From Gaiellaceae bacterium (GTDB lineage: Bacteria; Actinomycetota; Thermoleophilia; Gaiellales; Gaiellaceae), in the NCBI GenBank assembly GCA_036273155.1, contig DASUIG010000029.1, positions 40,283-104,282 of the forward strand: a stretch of DNA of 64,000 bases, written 5' to 3'. The notes under the pieces were generated by a model that made no database searches, had not been told where the DNA came from, and saw only the letters and a program-made list of their open reading frames with translations. Both the position numbers and the translations under genes were made by a program. This document shows, one piece after another, positions 17,956 to 26,806 of the stretch (positions within the stretch are counted from its first letter, which is position 1; each line of letters opens with the position of its first letter).

Positions 17956-20234
17956 GCGACGACCTCGCGGCGTACCGACGGAAACGCGATCCCAGGAAGA
18001 CCCCAGAGCCGTTCTCCAGTCGGCAATCGCGAAAGCGATTGCCGACGTTCGTGATCCAGCGACACGACGCACGCCGGCTCCACTACGACTTCCGTCTCGA
18101 GCGCGACGGAGTGCTCGCCTCGTGGGCGGTGCCCAAGGGAGTCCCGCTGGAGCCGGGCGTGCGCGCGCTCGCCGTCCACGTCGAGGACCACCCGCTCGAC
18201 TACGGCGGCTTCGAGGGAGAGATTCCAAAAGGCCAGTACGGCGCCGGCACGGTCGAGATCTGGGACCGCGGCACGTACGAGTTGCTGGAGGAGAAGAAGG
18301 ACGGTGGGCTCACCGTGCGTCTGCACGGCGAGCGGCTCGACGGTACGTGGACGCTCATTCCCGCGCATCTCGACGGCAAGGAGCAGAACTGGCTGATCGT
18401 CCGCAAGAAGGATGAATCCGTTCGCGTGCCGCGCAATGACTACAAAGCGATGCTGGCGACGCTGGTGGACAAGCTGCCGACCGGTGACGAGTGGTTGTAC
18501 GAGATCAAGTGGGACGGCTACCGGGCGCTGGGCTACGTGAGGAACGGAACCGCGAAGCTCGTCAGCAGGAACGGCAACGATCTGACCGCGCGGTTTCCCG
18601 GCGTGGCAAAGGCGCTTGGTCAGGCGATGAAATCGCCTGACGGCGTCGTCGACGGCGAGGTGTGCGCGCTCGACGAGAACGGACGCCCGAGCTTCTCGGC
18701 GATGCAGCAGGGCAAGCCGGGGACTCCGATCGTGTACGAGGTCTTCGACGTGCTCGAGATCGACGGCGAGCCGGTGCTCGACCGGCCGCTCGTCGAGCGC
18801 CGTGAGCTTCTCGCGGGGCTGCTCGACAAGCGCGTGACGAACGTGCAGATCTCCGGCGCGTTCGACGACGGCGAGGGGCTCCTGACCGCGGCGAAGGAGC
18901 AGCACCTGGAGGGCGTGGTGGCGAAGAAGGCGGCCTCGCGCTACGCGGAGGGCCGGCGCACCCGCGACTGGCTGAAGATCAAGACGCACGGCGAGCAGGA
19001 GTTCGTGATCGTCGGCTACACGAGGGGTGAAGGCCGCCGCGCGCGCAGCTTCGGCTCGCTCGTCCTCGCCGTCAACGAGGGCGGCGCGCTGCGCTGGGTC
19101 GGGAACGCCGGCACGGGCTTCACCGAGAAGACGATCGCGGAGCTGCTCGACGCGCTCGAGCCGCTACGCGTCGACGAGTCGCCGCTCGCGGTCGTCCCCA
19201 AGATGCCGAAGGTCCGCAAGTCCGACGTCGCGTGGGTGCAGCCGCGGCTCGTCGCGGAGGTGAAGTTCGCCGAGTGGACCCACGATGGCCACCTGCGGGC
19301 GCCCGTGTACCTCGGCCTCCGCGACGACAAGTCGGCGCCCGAGGTGCGCGCCGAGAGACCGTCTCGCGTGCAGCTCTCCAACCTGGACAAGGTCTTCTTC
19401 CCCGACGAGGGGATCACGAAGGGGGACCTGATCGAGTACTACCGGGCGGTCGCTCCGGTCATCGTCCCGCACCTGCGCGGCCGGCCGTTCACGATGCGCC
19501 GCTACCCCGACGGCGCCTTCGGCAAGGCGTTCTTCCAGAAGGACGCGCCGTCGCACATGCCCGACTGGATCCCGACGTACCGCGTCGAGGTCTCGACCCG
19601 CGACGCGCCGCGCAAGAAGAAGTGGATCTCGGCGCCGATCGTGAACGAGGAGGACGCCCTCGTCTGGATGGTGAACATGGGCTGCATCGACATGAACACG
19701 TGGTACTCGCGTGCCGACCGTCCCGACCGGCCCGATTTCGTGCTCTTCGACCTCGACCCGTCGCCCGACGTCGGCTTCGCGGAGACCGTGCAGGTCGCGT
19801 TGCTCGTGAAGGAGATGCTCGACGCGCTCGGGCTCGTCTCGTTCCCGAAGACGTCGAGTGCGGAGGGAATGCACGTCCTCGTCCCGGTCGAGCGCCGCTA
19901 CACGTACGACGACACCCGCGAGTTCTCGGAGATCGTCGCCGGCGCGATCGCGCGAACGCATCGCGGGCTCGCGACGACCGAGTGGGCGAAGTCGAAGCGG
20001 CGCGGCGTGCTCATCGACTCGAACCAGAACGGAGAGGGAAAGACGATCGCATCCGCGTACTCGGTGCGCCCGCGCACCGGCGCGCCCGTGTCGACGCCGC
20101 TGCGGTGGGACGAGGTGGACGAGAAGCTCGCCCCGGCGTCGTTCACGATGGACGTCGTGCTCGAGCGCGTGCGCGAGCTCGGCGACCTGTTCGAGGGTGT
20201 GCTCACGACGAAGCAGCGCCTGAAGACGCCGTGA
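17952..20234 (+). CDS. ligD: Multidomain ATP-dependent DNA ligase LigD (phosphoesterase-ligase-polymerase order)
   Basis: PE 'FVIQRHDARRLHYDFRLE', ligase motif I 'EIKWDGYR' and polymerase/primase 'VLFDLDP'. GTGA overlap with ku. Confidence 0.92.
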   Translation: MSDDLAAYRRKRDPRKTPEPFSSRQSRKRLPTFVIQRHDARRLHYDFRLERDGVLASWAVPKGVPLEPGVRALAVHVEDHPLDYGGFEGEIPKGQYGAGTVEIWDRGTYELLEEKKDGGLTVRLHGERLDGTWTLIPAHLDGKEQNWLIVRKKDESVRVPRNDYKAMLATLVDKLPTGDEWLYEIKWDGYRALGYVRNGTAKLVSRNGNDLTARFPGVAKALGQAMKSPDGVVDGEVCALDENGRPSFSAMQQGKPGTPIVYEVFDVLEIDGEPVLDRPLVERRELLAGLLDKRVTNVQISGAFDDGEGLLTAAKEQHLEGVVAKKAASRYAEGRRTRDWLKIKTHGEQEFVIVGYTRGEGRRARSFGSLVLAVNEGGALRWVGNAGTGFTEKTIAELLDALEPLRVDESPLAVVPKMPKVRKSDVAWVQPRLVAEVKFAEWTHDGHLRAPVYLGLRDDKSAPEVRAERPSRVQLSNLDKVFFPDEGITKGDLIEYYRAVAPVIVPHLRGRPFTMRRYPDGAFGKAFFQKDAPSHMPDWIPTYRVEVSTRDAPRKKKWISAPIVNEEDALVWMVNMGCIDMNTWYSRADRPDRPDFVLFDLDPSPDVGFAETVQVALLVKEMLDALGLVSFPKTSSAEGMHVLVPVERRYTYDDTREFSEIVAGAIARTHRGLATTEWAKSKRRGVLIDSNQNGEGKTIASAYSVRPRTGAPVSTPLRWDEVDEKLAPASFTMDVVLERVRELGDLFEGVLTTKQRLKTP

Positions 20235-20244
20235 CCGTCCAGGT

Positions 20245-20263
20245 GCCGGCCATCGGGGCCGGC
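20245..20263. terminator. Hairpin between convergent ligD and the ECF sigma gene
   Basis: GCCGGCC-atcgg-GGCCGGC, a 7-bp stem with no U tract. Confidence 0.35.
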
Positions 20264-20290
20264 GCGGAGCACGTCGTCCTCGCGGTCGAG

Positions 20291-21538
20291 CTAGCCCTGC
20301 AGCTCGCTCAGGCGGGCTCGTAGGAAGTCGCGCTCGACGTCGGTCGGCGCGAGCTCGAGCGCGCGGGCGTACGCGTTCTCGGCGGGGCGCCCGAGGCGGC
20401 GGAGCAGGTCCGCGCGCGCCGAATGGAAGAGGTAGTACCCGTCCAGCCCTTCGATGTGCTCGAGCACGTCGAGGCCGGCCTCGGCGCCTTCCGCCATTGC
20501 GACGGCGACGGCCCGGTTGAGCTCGACCACCGGCGACGGATCGACTTCCGCGAGGCGTGCGTACAGCTCCGCGACGATCGACCAGTCGGACCCGCCGTCG
20601 GTGTGCGCCGCCGCGATGCCGGCCTGGATGGCGTACGGCCCGCGCGCCGGCAGCGACAGCGCCCGCTCGAGCGCCCGCCGGCCGGCGGCGATCTCGTCTG
20701 CATCCCACAGCGCGCGGTCCTGATCCTCGAGCAGCACGAGCGATCCGTCGCGGACGCGCGCGTCGCGGCGGGCGTCCTGGAAGAGCAGCAGCGCGTGCAG
20801 TCCGTGCGCCTCCGACTCGTCCGGCATGAGCAGCGCGAGCATGGCGGCCAGGCGGACGGCCTCGTTGCAGAGCTCTCGCCGCACCGGCGGGCCGTAGCCG
20901 GCATTGAAGATGAGGTAGACGACGCGCAGCACCGCGGCCAGCCGGCTGGGGAGAACGTCGTCCGGCGGGACGCGGAAGGGGATGCCCGCGTCGCGGATCT
21001 TTCGCTTCGCGCGCACGAGCCGCTGCGCCATCGTCGCTTCGGGGACGAGGAACGCGCGCGCGATCTCGCCGGTCTCGAGCCCGCCGAGCGAGCGCAGCGT
21101 GATTGCGATCTGCGCCTCGATCGCAAGGGCCGGATGGCAGCAGGCGAACACGAGGCTCAGGCGTTCATCGGGGATGGCGGTGTCGTCCATCGGCTCGGTC
21201 TCGGGCGGGACGAGCAGCTCGGCCTTGCGCCGGAGCGTCCGGTCGCGCCGGATCCGGTCCACGGCGCGGTTCTTCGCCACCGTCACGAGCCAGCCCGCGG
21301 GGTTGGCGGGAACGCCGTCGCGCGGCCAGAGCTCGACCGCGGTCGCGACCGCGTCCTGGAGGGCGTCCTCGGCGAGGTCGAAGTCGCCGAGGACGCCGAT
21401 CAGGGTGGCGAGGACGCGGCCGTGCTCCTCGCGGAAGAGCTGCTCGAGCGTCGTCAGGCGCCGACCTCGGCCTGCCGCATGACCACGGGCCGCACCTCGA
21501 TGTGACCGAACCGCGCGGACGGGATCTTGGCCGCCCAC
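20291..21538 (-). CDS. ECF42-type sigma factor with C-terminal TPR-like extension
   Basis: ECF regions 2 and 4 ('AGWLVTVAKNRAVD', 'ETGEIARAFLVPEATMAQRLVRAKRKI') plus a helical extension of about 200 aa. The start is uncertain: GTG at 21538 or CTG at 21457. Confidence 0.8.
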   Translation of the reverse strand: MGGQDPVRAVRSHRGAARGHAAGRGRRLTTLEQLFREEHGRVLATLIGVLGDFDLAEDALQDAVATAVELWPRDGVPANPAGWLVTVAKNRAVDRIRRDRTLRRKAELLVPPETEPMDDTAIPDERLSLVFACCHPALAIEAQIAITLRSLGGLETGEIARAFLVPEATMAQRLVRAKRKIRDAGIPFRVPPDDVLPSRLAAVLRVVYLIFNAGYGPPVRRELCNEAVRLAAMLALLMPDESEAHGLHALLLFQDARRDARVRDGSLVLLEDQDRALWDADEIAAGRRALERALSLPARGPYAIQAGIAAAHTDGGSDWSIVAELYARLAEVDPSPVVELNRAVAVAMAEGAEAGLDVLEHIEGLDGYYLFHSARADLLRRLGRPAENAYARALELAPTDVERDFLRARLSELQG

Positions 21539-21798
21539 TCGATCGCCTCGTCGAGCGACTCGGCCTCGACGAGGTAGTAGCCGCCGAGCGACTCCTTCGT
21601 CTCGATGAACGGCCCGTCGGTGACGAGCGTCTCGCCGCCGCGCACACGCACGGTCGTCGCCGTGTCGCTCGGCTGGAGCTGGTTCGCGCCCACGAGCGAG
21701 CCCGATTCACGCAGCGCCTCGGTGTACGCCATGTACTCCGGCATGAGGTCGCCGTTGTCCTGGGACTCGTCGTCGTGGATCAGGAGCAGGTACTGCAT
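21454..21798 (-). CDS. YciI-like DGPF protein
   Basis: 'MQYLLLIH...' and 'LVTDGPFIETKESLGGYYLVEA'. Confidence 0.88.
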   Translation of the reverse strand: MQYLLLIHDDESQDNGDLMPEYMAYTEALRESGSLVGANQLQPSDTATTVRVRGGETLVTDGPFIETKESLGGYYLVEAESLDEAIEWAAKIPSARFGHIEVRPVVMRQAEVGA

Positions 21799-21821
21799 GG
21801 CTCGACCTCCTTGAAGATGGT

Positions 21822-24104
21822 TTACGAGGTACGACGAACGGGCTGGGTGGAAATCGACATCCGGCGGAGCAAGGTCAGAGCCCCTTTCTTGTCCAGGTAC
21901 TCGTTCAGGTTGCCGCATTTCGGGCTCTGCACGCAGGAGGGGCAGCCGTGCTCGCACGGGCAGCCCTCGAGCAGGCGCACGGTGTCGGCCACCCAGCCCT
22001 CGAACTGGTCGAACCCGCGCTCCGCGATGCCGACGCCGCCGGAGTGCCCGTCGTAGACGAACACCGTCGCGGCGCCGGTGTCGTCGTGGTAGTTCGTGGA
22101 CAGGCCGCCGATGTCCCAGCGGTCGCACATCGCCCACAGCGGGAGGACGGCGATCATCGCGTGCTCGGCCGCGTGCAGGGACGAGAGGAGGGTCGGCATC
22201 TGCTCGAGCCCTTCGAGCTGCGACTCCGTCGGGACATACCAGACCGCCTCCGTGTCGAACGTCGTCGGGGGCAGGTCGAGCTGCACCGTCGAGATCGTCG
22301 CCTGGTCGCGGATCCCCTTGCGCTGGAAGGCGACCACCCGCTCGGTCACCGACACGCGTCCGAAGGTCAGCTCGAGACCCAGCCGTTGCTGCACGCGCAG
22401 CGGCTCCTCCACGCCGGTGGAGGTCTCCTTCTTCACCTGCGTGTACCAGTCGCCGCCGAAGGGCTCGACGAGCGCCTGCCGGGCGGGAATGTCCAGCGCC
22501 TGGACGAGCCATTGCTCGCCCATGTGGAGGTACACCGCGCCTTCGTGCACGGTCGAGTACGCACGCTCGTGCTCGACGATCCCGAGCACGGTGCCCGTGC
22601 TCGCGTCCACGACGGAGAACGCGTCCGCGCTCGCCGATCGCAGCGGCGTGCGTCCCGCCGGATAGTCGGTGCCCGCGTACACCCAGCCACGCGGCGTCTT
22701 GCGCAGGTCGGGCACGTGCGGCGCGCGCTCGAGCGCGGCGTCGCCGAGCGTGGCGCGGTCGTCGTCGTCCAGCGGTCCTTCGAACGCGGCGGCGGCGACG
22801 TGCCCGTCGAGCACGCGCGGATTCGCGTGGTCCAGCATGGCCGCCTCGACGCGCCGGCCGAGGAGCGTCTCCGGCTCGCGCATGAAGTACTGGTCGAGCG
22901 CGTCCTCGGAGGCGACGAGCACGGCGAGCCCGTGACCTCGCCGGCCGGCGCGGCCCCATTGCTGGCGCAGGCTCGCCACCGTTCCGGGAAAGCCCACCGA
23001 GATGGCGCAGTCGAGCAGGCCGATGTCGATCCCCAGCTCGAGCGCGTCGGTCGCCGCGACGCCGAGCAGCTCGCCCTCGACGAGCCGCCGCTCGATCTCG
23101 CGCCGCTGCTGCGGCGTATAGCCGGCGCGGTAGGGCGCGAGGCGCGCCGCCGTCTCGGCGTCGACGCGGTCGACGGTCATGCGGTGGACGAGCTCCGCCG
23201 CCTTGCGGCTCTTTGCGAAGCAGATCGTGCGCAGGCCGCGCTGCACGAGCGCGGCCGCGAGGCGCGACGCCTCGCCGAGCGGAGACGCGCGCAGGCCGAG
23301 TTCGACGTCGATGAGCTCCGGGTTCCAGAGGGCCACCGTCCGTTCCGCGCGGGGCGCGGCGTCGCCCGCGATCACCGTCGTCTCGAGGCCGAGGAGCCGT
23401 TCCGCCAGCTCGCCGGGATTTGCGATCGTCGCCGACGCGAGGACGAACTGCGGATCGGCGCCGTAGACCTGCGCCATGCGGCGCAGCCGCCGCAGGACGT
23501 TGCCGACGTGCGATCCGAAGACGCCGCGGTAGACGTGCGCCTCGTCCACGACGACGTAGCGCAGGTTGTGGAGCACGTCCGCCCAGAGGTCGTGGCGCGG
23601 CAGCACGCCGACATGGAGCATGTCCGGGTTGGTGAGCACAAGGTTCGCCCACTTGCGCACCTGCCGGCGCTGCTCGCGCGGTGTGTCGCCGTCGTAGATT
23701 GCGGCCCGCACCTTCGGCACGGCCAGACCCGCGAGCGTGCGGGCCTGATCCTGTGCGAGCGCTTTCGTGGGGTAGAGGTAGACGGCCCGGTTCTTCGGGT
23801 CGGTCGCGAGCGCGTCCAGCACCGGCAGGTTGAAGGCGAGCGTCTTGCCGGAGGCGGTCCCCGTGGTGACGATCACGTGCTTGCCGGCGCGCGAGGACGC
23901 CCACGCCTCCGCCTGGTGCGCGTACAGCTCGTCGATTCCCTGGCGCGCGAGCGCGGCGCGCACGGCTGGATGGAGATCCGCCGGCAGCGGGACCGAGCGC
24001 GCCGCGCGCGCCGGCTCCGTGGCCAGGTAGGCGAGCTCCTCGCCCTGGAGGAGGTCATCCCACAATCGAGCCGTCCCGCTGGACGAGAAGAGCCCGGCGC
24101 GCAT
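21822..24104 (-). CDS. DEAD/DEAH helicase with C-terminal DUF1998 zinc module (MrfA/YprA/SftH-like)
   Basis: 'TGTASGKT', 'VVDEAHVYRG' and C-terminal 'CPCEHGCPSCVQSPKCGN'. The start is uncertain: 24158, 24104 or TTG at 24065. Confidence 0.88.
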   Translation of the reverse strand: MRAGLFSSSGTARLWDDLLQGEELAYLATEPARAARSVPLPADLHPAVRAALARQGIDELYAHQAEAWASSRAGKHVIVTTGTASGKTLAFNLPVLDALATDPKNRAVYLYPTKALAQDQARTLAGLAVPKVRAAIYDGDTPREQRRQVRKWANLVLTNPDMLHVGVLPRHDLWADVLHNLRYVVVDEAHVYRGVFGSHVGNVLRRLRRMAQVYGADPQFVLASATIANPGELAERLLGLETTVIAGDAAPRAERTVALWNPELIDVELGLRASPLGEASRLAAALVQRGLRTICFAKSRKAAELVHRMTVDRVDAETAARLAPYRAGYTPQQRREIERRLVEGELLGVAATDALELGIDIGLLDCAISVGFPGTVASLRQQWGRAGRRGHGLAVLVASEDALDQYFMREPETLLGRRVEAAMLDHANPRVLDGHVAAAAFEGPLDDDDRATLGDAALERAPHVPDLRKTPRGWVYAGTDYPAGRTPLRSASADAFSVVDASTGTVLGIVEHERAYSTVHEGAVYLHMGEQWLVQALDIPARQALVEPFGGDWYTQVKKETSTGVEEPLRVQQRLGLELTFGRVSVTERVVAFQRKGIRDQATISTVQLDLPPTTFDTEAVWYVPTESQLEGLEQMPTLLSSLHAAEHAMIAVLPLWAMCDRWDIGGLSTNYHDDTGAATVFVYDGHSGGVGIAERGFDQFEGWVADTVRLLEGCPCEHGCPSCVQSPKCGNLNEYLDKKGALTLLRRMSISTQPVRRTS

Positions 24105-24375
24105 CGACGCCCCTGAGGTCGGCCCCGGCCGGAGCGACGACGGCATCGAACGAACCACCGGGCGGCGCCTCGAGGACGTCGCCCGCGCGCTCCCGTGCGG
24201 CCGCTCTGTAGGCCGGGTCGGGCTCGACCACGGTGACGTCGAAGCCGGCCAGACGGAGCGGCTCGGCGTGGATCCCGGCGAAGCCCAGCTCGAGCACGCG
24301 TCCGGGCGGCGGCCCGAGCAGCTCGAGCAGCCGGGGTGTCGCGCTCGTGGCCTGTGCAGGCGGCAGCCGATCCAT
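24055..24375 (-). CDS. Small protein with a truncated class-I methyltransferase-like fold (106 aa)
   Basis: 'VLELGFAG' (motif I-like), 'DVTVVEPDP' (motif II-like) and 'FDAVVA'. High GC3. Overlaps the helicase 5' end. Confidence 0.5.
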   Translation of the reverse strand: MDRLPPAQATSATPRLLELLGPPPGRVLELGFAGIHAEPLRLAGFDVTVVEPDPAYRAAARERAGDVLEAPPGGSFDAVVAPAGADLRGVDARRALLVQRDGSIVG

Positions 24376-24379
24376 GCCG

Positions 24380-24472
24380 AGACGCTAACGTTCGACCACC
24401 GGGGTGCCGCTGGGAGCGGCTGAGATCACACCCGTCGAACCTGATCCGGGTCATGCCGGCGAAGGGAGCGCA
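24380..24472 (+). promoter_or_regulatory. TPP (THI-box) riboswitch
   Basis: 'GGGGTGCCGCTGGGAGCGGCTGAGATCACACCCGTCGAACCTGATCCGGGTCATGCCGGCGAAGGGAG' matches the conserved THI-box core (CUGAGA ... ACCUGAUCCGG.UAAUGCCGGCG.AGGGA). It lies directly upstream of thiD. Confidence 0.92.
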
Positions 24473-24477
24473 TTGCC

Positions 24478-25248
24478 TTGGTTGCTCGAGCACTGACGAT
24501 CGCGACGTCCGACTCCGGCGGCGGCGCGGGCATCCAGGCCGACCTGAAGGCGTTCGCCGCCGCCGGCGTACACGGCTCCTCCGTGCTCGTCGCGCTGACC
24601 GCGCAGAACACGCGCGCGGTGACAGCGATCCATGAGCTGCCGCCCGCGTTCGTCGTCGCACAGCTCGACGCCGTCTTCGACGACATCGGCGTCGACGCTG
24701 CGAAGACGGGGATGCTGTTCTCGCGCGCGCTCATCGAGACGGTCGCCGCGTATCTGCGCGACCGCCCGGTGCCGCTCGTCGTCGACCCCGTCATGGTCGC
24801 GAGCTCGGGAGCGCAGCTGCTCGAAGACGACGCCGTCGACGCGCTCGTCGGCCGGCTCTTTCCGCTGGCGACCGTGATCACCCCGAATCTGATGGAGGCG
24901 CGCGCACTCGCCGGCTTCGACGGCTCGCCGGCCGAGCTGGCCGAGCGCCTGCACGAGCTCGGCGCGCCGGCGGTGATCGTCACCGGCGGGCACGGCGCGG
25001 TTGAAGCGGACCATCTCTTCGACGGCCGCGAGCACCTCGACATTCCCGTTCCGCGCCACGAGGTCGCAGCGACGCATGGAGCAGGCTGCACGCATTCTGC
25101 GACGCTCGCGGCCTTGCTCGCGCGCGGCGAGAGCCTTGTCGGCGCGGCCCGAGGGGCATCGGCAGCTGCCTCCCTCGCCGTCGCGCAAGGGCTCGTCGAG
25201 ATCGGATCAGGCGAAGGTCCCGTCGATATCTTGGGGGTGAAGCGATGA
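24478..25248 (+). CDS. thiD: Hydroxymethylpyrimidine/phosphomethylpyrimidine kinase
   Basis: 'ALTIATSDSGGGAGIQADLKAF' and 'TGMLFS'. TTG start. Confidence 0.9.
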   Translation: MVARALTIATSDSGGGAGIQADLKAFAAAGVHGSSVLVALTAQNTRAVTAIHELPPAFVVAQLDAVFDDIGVDAAKTGMLFSRALIETVAAYLRDRPVPLVVDPVMVASSGAQLLEDDAVDALVGRLFPLATVITPNLMEARALAGFDGSPAELAERLHELGAPAVIVTGGHGAVEADHLFDGREHLDIPVPRHEVAATHGAGCTHSATLAALLARGESLVGAARGASAAASLAVAQGLVEIGSGEGPVDILGVKR

Positions 25249-26042
25249 TCTCTGCCGGCACGACGCTGCGCACGATGCGCGAGCGGAAGCTGCTCGTCCA
25301 CCAGATCACGAACTACGTCGTCATGAACGAGACGGCGAACGCGACGCTCGCGATCGGCGCGCTGCCCGTGATGGCGCACGCGCGCGAGGAAGTGGAGGAG
25401 ATGACGCAGATCGCGTCCGCACTCGTCATCAACATCGGCACGCTGTCGGAGCAGTGGATCGAGTCGATGCTGCTCGCCGGCAAGGCCGCGAGTGCGCGGC
25501 CGATCCCGGTCGTGCTCGATCCGGTCGGCGCCGGCGCTACGGCGTTCCGGACCGAGACCGCGCGCGTCATCCTCGACGCCGTCGGCGTCACCGTCCTGCG
25601 CGGGAACCCCGGCGAGGTGGCGACGCTCGTCGGCGCGGCCGCCGAGGTGCGTGGCGTCGAGTCGATGAGCACCGGGATGGAGCCGGCCGACCTCGCACGC
25701 GATGCCGCTCGCCGGCTCGGCGTGATCGCGTCTGTCACGGGGCCCGTCGACCACGTGTCCGACGGCGAGCGCGTGCTCGCGGTCTCGAACGGCGACGCGC
25801 TGCTCGCGACGGTCACGGGCACCGGCTGCATGTCGTCCGCGCTGACGGGCTGCTTCCTCGCGGCGAAGCCCGACGAGCCGCTCGAAGCGGCGGCCGAAGC
25901 GCTCGCGGCGTTCGGCGTCGCCGCCGAGGACGCGGCGGAGGGTTCAGCCGGGCCGGGCACCTTCCACATGCGGCTGTACGACGCGCTGTATGCGCTCGAC
26001 CCCGAGACGCTCGACGGGCGCACGCGCATCGAGGAGCTGTGA
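25245..26042 (+). CDS. thiM: Hydroxyethylthiazole kinase
   Basis: 'LVHQITNYVVMNETANATLAIGALPVMA' and 'TGTGCMSSAL'. Confidence 0.9.
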   Translation: MISAGTTLRTMRERKLLVHQITNYVVMNETANATLAIGALPVMAHAREEVEEMTQIASALVINIGTLSEQWIESMLLAGKAASARPIPVVLDPVGAGATAFRTETARVILDAVGVTVLRGNPGEVATLVGAAAEVRGVESMSTGMEPADLARDAARRLGVIASVTGPVDHVSDGERVLAVSNGDALLATVTGTGCMSSALTGCFLAAKPDEPLEAAAEALAAFGVAAEDAAEGSAGPGTFHMRLYDALYALDPETLDGRTRIEEL

Positions 26043-26806
26043 GGGAGTTCGAGCTCCTCGCCGAGCTCGAACGGCGGGGGCTCGTCGTCGGTGTGGAGCA
26101 CGACGCCGCGCAGATCGAAGGGCTCGTGGTGACGCAGGACACGCTCGTGGAGGGTGTTCACTTCCGCTTCGATCTCATCGGGTGGCGCGAGCTCGGCTTT
26201 CGCGCCGCCGCCGTCAACCTCAGCGATCTGGCCGCCTCGGGCGCCGAGCCGGTCGCGCTCATCGTCAGCCTCGCAGCCCCGAGCCTCGAGCAGGCGATCG
26301 AGCTGTACGAGGGGCTGAACGAGCCGGGAGTCCCCATCCGCGGCGGCGACACGACGCGGGCCGACTCGGTCGTTCTCAGCGTGACCGCGCTCGGCCGCGC
26401 CGAACGAGTGCCCGGTCGCGCCGGCGCGGTTCCCGGCGATCTCCTCGTCGTCACGGGGCCGCTCGGCGCAGCGGGTGTGGCGTTCCGCGAAGGGCGGCTT
26501 GCGCCGCCGCCGCTGCGGCTCGCCGAGGGCCGTCGCCTTGCAGCCGTCGCGCACGCGATGCTCGATCTCTCCGACGGGCTCGGTCCGGATGCGCGCCACA
26601 TCGCCGAACGCTCGGGCTGCCGGCTCGTCCTCGACCTCGACCGCGTGCCGCTCGCCGAGGGCGCGACGCGCGCCGACCTCGAGTTCGGCGAGGACTACGA
26701 GCTGCTTGCCGCGACGCCGGATCCGCTCGACTTCACGGTCATCGGCCGCTGCGAGGAAGGGTCAGGCGTCAATGTGGCGCTGGGCGGTTGGGAGCACTTC
26801 GGCTAG
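26039..26806 (+). CDS. thiL: Thiamine-monophosphate kinase (short)
   Basis: 'DTLVEGVHF', 'GFRAAAVNLSDLAASGA', 'GGDTT' and 'DLSDGL'. GTGA overlap with thiM. Confidence 0.8.
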   Translation: MREFELLAELERRGLVVGVEHDAAQIEGLVVTQDTLVEGVHFRFDLIGWRELGFRAAAVNLSDLAASGAEPVALIVSLAAPSLEQAIELYEGLNEPGVPIRGGDTTRADSVVLSVTALGRAERVPGRAGAVPGDLLVVTGPLGAAGVAFREGRLAPPPLRLAEGRRLAAVAHAMLDLSDGLGPDARHIAERSGCRLVLDLDRVPLAEGATRADLEFGEDYELLAATPDPLDFTVIGRCEEGSGVNVALGGWEHFG

